DNA of 64,000 nucleotides from Blastocatellia bacterium (GTDB lineage Bacteria; Acidobacteriota; Blastocatellia; UBA7656; JADIYM01): NCBI GenBank assembly GCA_044224215.1, contig JBGAKX010000002.1, positions 10,759 to 74,758 of the forward strand, read 5' to 3'. Shown piece by piece: positions 58,075 to 64,000 of this stretch (position 1 is its first letter; each line of letters starts with the position of its first letter). The notes under the pieces were generated by a model. It saw only the letters and a program-made list of their open reading frames with translations, ran no database searches and was not told where the DNA came from. The position numbers and the translations under genes were made by a program.

Positions 58075-58530
58075 ATGCGCAAGCTGGTCATCTCTATTGC
58101 CATCGCCATCATGGCGGCGGGATCTGTGTTCGCATCCGACGAAAGTGACGTTTTGGCGCCCATCCATCAATTCGTCGATGGCTTCAACAAGGGCGACACC
58201 ACGAATGCCGTCGCGGCGTGCGCGGATCAGACGTCCATCATCGACGAGTTTCCGCCCCACGAATGGCACGGCGTTGGCGCCTGCTCGAACTGGGCGGCGG
58301 ACTACGAGAGCGATGCCAAGAAGAACGGGATCACGGACGGGATCGTGACACTCGGCAAGCCCCGACACGTCGACATCAGTGGTGACCGTGCGTATGTCGT
58401 GTTTCCGGCGAACTACACGTTCAAGAAGAACGGCAAACCGATGAAGGAGACGGGCTCGATATTCACGTTCGCCCTGCAGAAGGGCGCAGGCGGGTGGCGT
58501 ATCGTCGGCTGGGCGTGGTCCAAGCACTAG
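58075..58530 (+). CDS. secreted NTF2-like (DUF4440/SnoaL-type) protein
   Basis: Signal peptide is present. FVDGFNKGDT...GGWRIVGWAWS. Confidence 0.6.
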   Translation: MRKLVISIAIAIMAAGSVFASDESDVLAPIHQFVDGFNKGDTTNAVAACADQTSIIDEFPPHEWHGVGACSNWAADYESDAKKNGITDGIVTLGKPRHVDISGDRAYVVFPANYTFKKNGKPMKETGSIFTFALQKGAGGWRIVGWAWSKH

Positions 58531-58585
58531 CTGTCGGAGTGCCGACGCCCCGGTCGACGACTCGCCGTTCCTGAAGGCTCAACCG

Positions 58586-59113
58586 GTGCTGTACGTTCTG
58601 CGACAGATCGCCTCGATTCTTCTGCTGCCGTTCATGGTCACTGTTGTCGTCCCGTACCTGTACGCCGGACGCGAGATCGCGCAGGGCTTCGCGGTCGAAC
58701 TGAATCCGGTTCGGCTCGCGGCGCTCGCGATCGGTGCGGCCGCGCTCGTGCTCGGACTCACACTGTTTGTCGCGACGGTCCTGTACTTCGCCCGGATCGG
58801 TCGGGGGACGCTCGCGCCGTGGGATCCTCCGCGAGTGCTCGTCGTCGAGGGCGTCTACAGACACGTCCGGAACCCGATGATCAGCGGGGTTCTGTTCATT
58901 CTCCTCGGGGAAGCTCTCGTGACGGGTTCGCGTCGCGTGCTCACGTGGTTCGGACTCTTTTTTCTCATCAACCTCGTCTACATCCCGCTCGTCGAGGAAC
59001 GAGGCCTCGCAAGGCGATTCGGCGAACGATATCGCCTGTACACCGAGAACGTCCCTCGGTGGATACCCCGGCGATCGGCGTGGACGCCGCCGTGGGTGGA
59101 AACCGCAGAGTAG
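58586..59113 (+). CDS. isoprenylcysteine carboxyl methyltransferase / PEMT-family membrane methyltransferase
   Basis: VVEGVYRHVRNPMISGV...EERGLARRFGERYRLYTENVPRW. This is the second member of the family seen at 5173-5658. Confidence 0.7.
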   Translation: MLYVLRQIASILLLPFMVTVVVPYLYAGREIAQGFAVELNPVRLAALAIGAAALVLGLTLFVATVLYFARIGRGTLAPWDPPRVLVVEGVYRHVRNPMISGVLFILLGEALVTGSRRVLTWFGLFFLINLVYIPLVEERGLARRFGERYRLYTENVPRWIPRRSAWTPPWVETAE

Positions 59114-59213
59114 ATAGAGCTCCGACGAGGCGAGATACGAGTGCGGGCACGCGTTTTGAGCCATATGGCGCAGGCTTGTGCTTGTCGTGCCGGGCGCGGC
59201 TACAATCATCGTC

Positions 59214-59756
59214 ATGAACATCGACACGCCCGCCGTTGACGACATCATCGCGGTGCTCGAGCGAACGCCGGCGACGCTCACGGCGCTTCTCGGCGGTCTC
59301 CCCGACACGTGGGTGTCGGCAACAGAAGGCGAGGGAACGTGGTCGCCGTACGACGTCATCGGTCATCTCATCCACGGTGAACGGACCGACTGGATCCCCC
59401 GAGCGCGCCACATCCTCTCCGGAGACACGCAGCCTTTCGCCCCGTTCGATCGCGAGGCCCAGCTCCGCGAGAGCCAGCGCGCGCCTCTCGGCGAATTGTT
59501 GGAGACCTTCGCGCGGCTGCGGCTTGAAAACCTCGCGACGCTGAAAGGGTTCTCGCTCACGACCGAGGACCTCGGGCGGCGCGGCGTGCATCCCGCGCTC
59601 GGCGACGTCACGCTGGGGCAGCTGCTCTCCACGTGGGTCGTGCACGATCTGGATCACATCGGGCAGGTGGCACGGACGATGGCCAAGGTCTATCGTTCCG
59701 CCGTCGGTCCGTGGACCGTGTATCTGTCGATCCTGCGCGACCGGGAGCCGTCGTGA
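59214..59756 (+). CDS. DinB/YfiT-family (DinB_2) protein
   Basis: WSPYDVIGHLIHGE...VVHDLDHIGQVART. Confidence 0.7.
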   Translation: MNIDTPAVDDIIAVLERTPATLTALLGGLPDTWVSATEGEGTWSPYDVIGHLIHGERTDWIPRARHILSGDTQPFAPFDREAQLRESQRAPLGELLETFARLRLENLATLKGFSLTTEDLGRRGVHPALGDVTLGQLLSTWVVHDLDHIGQVARTMAKVYRSAVGPWTVYLSILRDREPS

Positions 59757-59785
59757 GCTCTGCCATTCGGCGTTTGAACCGTCAC

Positions 59786-60682
59786 ATGCGCGACCTCGGT
59801 CAGGACGGCCGTTGGTGCAAGCTCGGAGGTAATGGCGTGATTCGGTTGGCAATGTCGCTTGCAGTCGTCTGGACGCTGTTCGTTCCTCAGACAGGCTTCG
59901 GCGCCGGGAATGCCGACAACGTCGCGCCGCTCGTCATCGGGGACACGTTCACGATCGATTCAAAGACGCTCGGCGAGACGCGCCGAATCAATGTCTACCT
60001 GCCACCTGGCTACAAGGAGTCGCCCGATGCGCGCGTTCCCGTGCTCTACATGCCGGACGGCGGAATGGCCGAGGACTTCCTGCACATAGCCGGCCTCGTG
60101 CAGATCTCGGTCATCAACGGCACGATGCGACCGTTTCTGCTTGTCGGAATCGAGAACACGGAACGCCGCCGCGACATGACGGGTCCGACCGAGAACAGCG
60201 AGGACAAGAAGATCGCACCGCATGTCGGCGGATCGCAGCCATTTCGCACCTTTATTCGCGACGAGCTGATGCCGCTGATTCGCGCGCGCTATCGGACGAC
60301 GAACGAAACGGCGATCGTCGGCGAATCGCTCGCCGGTCTGTTCGTCGTCGAGACGTTCCTGCTCGAACCGGATCTGTTCGACACGTATGTCGCAATCGAT
60401 CCGAGCCTGTGGTGGAACAACGAGAAGCTCGTCAACGGCGCCGCCGACCGGCTGCGTTCCCGGCCAAGACTCGACAAGACGCTCTTTCTCGCGAGCAGTG
60501 ACGAACCGGGCATCGCGGTCGTGACAAAGCGCTTCGCCGGAATTCTCACCGCCGCCGCGCCCCCGACGCTGCACTGGCAGTACGAGAGCATGCCGTACGA
60601 GAAGCATTCGACGATCTATCACCCGGCGGCGCTCAAGGCGTTTCGTGTCGTGTTCAAGCCGGAGGCGCCACCCGCGAAGTAG
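59786..60682 (+). CDS. putative esterase (esterase_D/enterochelin-esterase-like alpha/beta hydrolase), secreted
   Basis: The GESLAG serine motif is present, along with YLPPGY...PVLYMPDGG. The start is uncertain (59786 or 59852). Confidence 0.7.
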   Translation: MRDLGQDGRWCKLGGNGVIRLAMSLAVVWTLFVPQTGFGAGNADNVAPLVIGDTFTIDSKTLGETRRINVYLPPGYKESPDARVPVLYMPDGGMAEDFLHIAGLVQISVINGTMRPFLLVGIENTERRRDMTGPTENSEDKKIAPHVGGSQPFRTFIRDELMPLIRARYRTTNETAIVGESLAGLFVVETFLLEPDLFDTYVAIDPSLWWNNEKLVNGAADRLRSRPRLDKTLFLASSDEPGIAVVTKRFAGILTAAAPPTLHWQYESMPYEKHSTIYHPAALKAFRVVFKPEAPPAK

Positions 60683-60737
60683 ATTTGCATTCGTGGCGGC
60701 GCGTGGGATACGCCGCCTGACCACGACGGAGCACAAC

Positions 60738-61073
60738 ATGGAATCGACGCCAGATCTCAAACACCCCTACGAGGTGGAGCGCCGGGCGTTGCACGCCGAG
60801 CGCGCGGGATTCCGGATCAGCGAGCTGCAGATCAGTCCGACGCAAGCCGTTCCGTGGCATCTGCACACCGCGGTTCACGACACGTTCTACGTCATCGAGG
60901 GCACGATCAGGATCTTCCTTCGCGGTCCCGAGGAGGACGTTCGTCTTGGTCCCGGCGACACGTATGCGGTTCCTCCGCTCCGCCCGCACCGCGTCGTCAA
61001 TTGCGGCGACTCGTCCGCGACGTTCCTCGTACTGCAAGGAATCGGAGAGTACGACTACGTCCCAATCGCGTAG
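60738..61073 (+). CDS. cupin-domain protein
   Basis: PWHLHTAVHDTFYVIEGT...PHRVVN. Confidence 0.65.
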   Translation: MESTPDLKHPYEVERRALHAERAGFRISELQISPTQAVPWHLHTAVHDTFYVIEGTIRIFLRGPEEDVRLGPGDTYAVPPLRPHRVVNCGDSSATFLVLQGIGEYDYVPIA

Positions 61074-61080
61074 CCGAGTC

Positions 61081-61623
61081 ATGGACATCCAGATTCGACC
61101 GGCAACTCGCTCCGACGTCGCTCCGCTGCAGGAGCTGATCGCCCGGTCGGTCCGGGCGTTGAGCATCGGGTACTACTCGCACGATCAGATCGAACGTTCG
61201 ATCGTCGCGGTCTTTGGCGTCGATACGCAACTCGTCGACGACGGGACCTACTTCGTGGCCGAGATCGGTTACGAGACTGCGGGCTGCGGCGGCTGGAGCA
61301 GACGATCCACGATGTACGGCGGCGACCAGGCCAAGTCTTCGATCGACGCGGAGATCGATCCTCGCCGGATGCCGGCGCGGATTCGCGCGTTCTTCGTCGA
61401 TCCTGCGCACGCACGAAGGGGCGTGGGCCGATCGCTCCTCGAAGCGTGCGAAGACGCGGCTCGCAGGGCGGGTTTCGCATCTTCGGAGCTTGTCGCGACG
61501 CTTCCAGGAGTGCCGCTGTACGCGGCATTCGGCTACGTGGCCGTGGAACCCGTCAGCGTGGATCTCGGCGACGGACAGTCACTCCCGTGCGTGCGAATGA
61601 CCCGGAATCTCGCGTTCGCGTAA
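61081..61623 (+). CDS. GNAT family N-acetyltransferase
   Basis: FFVDPAHARRGVGRSLL. Confidence 0.7.
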   Translation: MDIQIRPATRSDVAPLQELIARSVRALSIGYYSHDQIERSIVAVFGVDTQLVDDGTYFVAEIGYETAGCGGWSRRSTMYGGDQAKSSIDAEIDPRRMPARIRAFFVDPAHARRGVGRSLLEACEDAARRAGFASSELVATLPGVPLYAAFGYVAVEPVSVDLGDGQSLPCVRMTRNLAFA

Positions 61624-61640
61624 GGCACGAACCGACGAGT

Positions 61641-61708
61641 GCAACGGAGCGGGCACGCGTGCGTTTGATCCGTTATTGTACGGAGCGCAGCTTGGACACG
61701 TGTCCGGT
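61641..61708 (+). repeat. attC-like repeat, diverged
   Basis: GCAACGGAGCGGGCACGCGTGCGTTTGATCCGTTATTGTAC aligns with the left half of the repeat at 9751. Confidence 0.4.
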
Positions 61709-61769
61709 AAGGCGATTCGCTCGATGAGCCGCGCCGGCGTGGCACGATCACCCAATTCCAGGAGGAACG

Positions 61770-62204
61770 ATGATGGCGAACACGGTCGTCGAACCCTATC
61801 TGTTCTTTGGCGGGCGCTGCGAAGAGGCGCTCGAATTCTACAAGTCGGCAATTGGCGCAACGCCCGGCATGCTGTTCCGCTTCAGCGACAGTCCGGAGCC
61901 GATACCCGCAGGGATGCTCCAATCCGGCTTCGAGAGCAAGGTCATGCACACGAGCTTTCGGGTCGGCGACTGCACCATCATGGCGTCCGACGGTTGTTCC
62001 GAAGGCTCGACGTTCAGCGGTTTCTCGCTTTCGCTCACGGTTCCAACCGAGGCCGACGCCAATCGTGTCTTTAATGCGCTCGCCGAAGGCGGGAACGTGA
62101 CGATGCCATTGGGCAAGACGTTCTGGTCGCCGTGTTACGGCATGCTCACCGACCGCTTCGGTATTGGCTGGATGGTGATCGTCCCGGGCGAGTCCTCGCA
62201 TTGA
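61770..62204 (+). CDS. VOC superfamily protein, PhnB-like
   Basis: A CAGGAGGAAC RBS precedes it. VEPYLFFGGRCEEALEFYKSAIGA...KTFWSPCYGMLTDRFGIGWMV. Confidence 0.75.
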   Translation: MMANTVVEPYLFFGGRCEEALEFYKSAIGATPGMLFRFSDSPEPIPAGMLQSGFESKVMHTSFRVGDCTIMASDGCSEGSTFSGFSLSLTVPTEADANRVFNALAEGGNVTMPLGKTFWSPCYGMLTDRFGIGWMVIVPGESSH

Positions 62205-62286
62205 TTCGGCACACGTTGCGACACCCGTGGTGAGCGGAACGCTCGCGCGGGTCGCGTCGGCATCTCGATCGCAATAGAATCGACGC

Positions 62287-62745
62287 ATGGCTGAATCCAT
62301 TCCGATGCGTCCCATTGGCTATGTGCGGAGCTCGTATACCGAGTCCTCCCAGATCCCGAGGGGCTGTGGCGCAAAGCACGATGCGGAGGGTGTTCTCGAT
62401 GTTCTGCCCGAGTTCGCGCAGGGTCTCACGGATATCGAGGGCTTCTCGCATCTGTTCGTATTGTGGGTGTTCGATCGTGTCGACGGATTCGACCTCATGG
62501 CGACGCCTCCCACCGACACGCGACCTCACGGCGTGTTTGCGACCCGTTCGCCGCGGAGGCCGAATCCGATCGGCCTCACCGTGGTCCGGCTTCTCGGACG
62601 GGACGGCGAGCGGCTCAGCGTGGCCGGCATCGACATGCTCGACGGGACGCCCATTCTCGACATCAAGCCGTACCTCTCGAGCATCCCGGTCGAGGATATC
62701 CGGCGAGGCTGGCTCGGCGTCGCCGAGGCCAACCGGAAGTCCTGA
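62287..62745 (+). CDS. TsaA/TrmO-like (YaeB family) SAM-dependent methyltransferase
   Basis: MRPIGYVRSSY...FSHLFVLWVFDR...RRPNPIGLTVVRL...DGTPILDIKPY. Confidence 0.75.
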   Translation: MAESIPMRPIGYVRSSYTESSQIPRGCGAKHDAEGVLDVLPEFAQGLTDIEGFSHLFVLWVFDRVDGFDLMATPPTDTRPHGVFATRSPRRPNPIGLTVVRLLGRDGERLSVAGIDMLDGTPILDIKPYLSSIPVEDIRRGWLGVAEANRKS

Positions 62746-62874
62746 CGTGAACCGGCGGTCTGACCGTTGGTACGTGTGCCCTGCGCCGTGGCGACAGCGC
62801 TTTGGAACGGGTAAGGTACTCTCCTTGCACGTCGGATGTTGTTCGCAGGGGTGCAAGACAAGGGAGGACTCGCC

Positions 62875-63078
62875 ATGGCGGATGCAACCGTTGAAAACCA
62901 GTCAAAGATCATCGCCAACCAGCAGACGATCATCTCGAATCAGGACCGGATCCTTGCAAACCAGGATCGCCTCGAGCAGATCCTCGGCAATCAGGGCGAG
63001 ATTCTGAGCAATCAGCGCACGATACTCGCCAACCAGGAGAAGATCCTGGCGGGCTTTGAAAAGCTGCTCTCCAAGTAG
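62875..63078 (+). CDS. small N/Q-rich heptad-repeat protein (67 aa)
   Basis: A GGGAGGA RBS precedes it. There are seven consecutive xI(L/I)xNQx heptads: KIIANQQ TIISNQD RILANQD RLEQILGNQGE ILSNQRT ILANQEK ILAGFEK. GC is lower here. Confidence 0.45.
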   Translation: MADATVENQSKIIANQQTIISNQDRILANQDRLEQILGNQGEILSNQRTILANQEKILAGFEKLLSK

Positions 63079-63164
63079 AGCTTCGTGCGTCTGTCTTACG
63101 CGTTCTTCACCGAGCTCGACACGAAGCACGTATAGCGGTCGCGCGAGATGGCCGAGACCGAACG

Positions 63165-64000
63165 ATGACACTCGTGCTTGATGCATCGCCCTTCATTTCG
63201 TCAGAAACGGCGCTTCGACTCCTGTTGCTCGTGCCGCTCAGCCTGCTCGGCATCGTGTTCGTCATCGTGTTTCTCAAGGGGCTCGGCCGGATTCGGGATC
63301 GTGAGCCATCGCCCGGAGCATCACCCGAACGGGTGTGGCCACCGTCCTCGGGCGAGGTCTCGACGGGGTTCGTCACAGTGTTTTTCGACACGCTCGGCAT
63401 CGGCTCGTTCGCAACGACAACGGCCATATTCCGTGCGTTTCGGCTCGTGCCCGACGAGCGTATCCCGGGCACTCTCAACGTCGGGCATACGGTGGCGGCT
63501 GTCATTGGAGCATTCATCTTCATTCAGCTTGTGCCGGTCGCGACGTCGACGCTCGTTCCGATCATCGCGTCGGCAATGCTCGGCGCGTATTTCGGCGCGG
63601 GTGTCGTATCCAGGATGCCTCGACGCTCGATCCGGATGGGCATGGGAGTCCTGCTGCTCGTGGCGGCGTTGCTGATGCTGCTGGGTGCGACGGGGCAACT
63701 GCCGGGCGGCGGCGACTCGCTGGCGCTCAGTGGCCCCCGGCTCGTCATCGCCGTCATCGGGAATTTTGTATTTGGAAGCCTGATGACGCTCGGCATCGGC
63801 CTCTATGCGCCGTGCATGATCATGGTCAGCCTGCTCGGAATGAACCCGGTTGCGGCATTCCCGATCATGATGGGTTCGTGCGCGTACCTGATGCCGGTGT
63901 GCAGCGCGCGGTTCGTGCGGTCTGAGCGGTACTCGCCAAGCGCCACTATCGGTCTTACGCTTGGAGGCGTCCCGGCCTTGCTGATCGCCGCGTATCTCGT
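63165..64000 (+). CDS. TSUP/TauE-SafE-family membrane transporter (3'-truncated by window end)
   Basis: The open frame from ATG 63165 runs to the window end. It is not in the ORF track because no stop is reached. VFFDTLGIGSFATTTAIF...GGGD...TLGIGLYAP. GC3 is high. Confidence 0.6.
   Translation, partial: MTLVLDASPFISSETALRLLLLVPLSLLGIVFVIVFLKGLGRIRDREPSPGASPERVWPPSSGEVSTGFVTVFFDTLGIGSFATTTAIFRAFRLVPDERIPGTLNVGHTVAAVIGAFIFIQLVPVATSTLVPIIASAMLGAYFGAGVVSRMPRRSIRMGMGVLLLVAALLMLLGATGQLPGGGDSLALSGPRLVIAVIGNFVFGSLMTLGIGLYAPCMIMVSLLGMNPVAAFPIMMGSCAYLMPVCSARFVRSERYSPSATIGLTLGGVPALLIAAYL

Overview
This 64 kb window is high-GC (~65-70 %) bacterial DNA, probably from a soil Acidobacteria- or Gemmatimonadetes-like genome. 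It is almost entirely a tightly packed array of about 95 small genes, most 100-250 aa with a good Shine-Dalgarno site. Nearly all are on the + strand and functionally unrelated to their neighbours. The cargo is typical of integron cassettes:
- about 15 VOC/glyoxalase-family proteins
- 9 GNAT acetyltransferases
- 6 DinB/YfiT-like proteins
- 5 RibD_C/DHFR-like reductases
- 3 SRPBCC/AHSA1 proteins
- cupins, NTF2-like proteins, MOSC proteins and zinc-ribbon membrane proteins

Many intergenic gaps carry a 70-110 bp imperfect-palindromic repeat in a single orientation. Its conserved boxes are GAGCGCGCGC, GGTTGATCGGTTATCC, GCGCGCGCCC and a terminal GCGCGTTGGG, which matches the attC core GTTRRRY. The repeat is well conserved from 0.3 to 16 kb and decays into recognisable remnants out to 62.8 kb.

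A 288-aa tyrosine recombinase (18225-19091, - strand) sits inside the array. A right-half simple site (GCGCGTTGGGC) lies just upstream of its start codon, and + strand cassettes begin immediately after. My interpretation is a large sedentary integron-like cassette array, or a CALIN plus recombinase. The recombinase appears to lack the IntI-specific insertion, and its position is unusual.

Embedded modules on the - strand are:
- an ArsR regulator with its operator palindrome, paired with an AHSA1 protein
- a quinone oxidoreductase with a small downstream ORF
- a GNAT acetyltransferase

Several gene remnants (GNAT, DinB, one fragment) indicate cassette decay. I found no rRNA, tRNA or CRISPR array. 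All calls were made by eye from the translations and sequence. Boundaries are approximate, and family names are from memory of domain signatures, not from searches.
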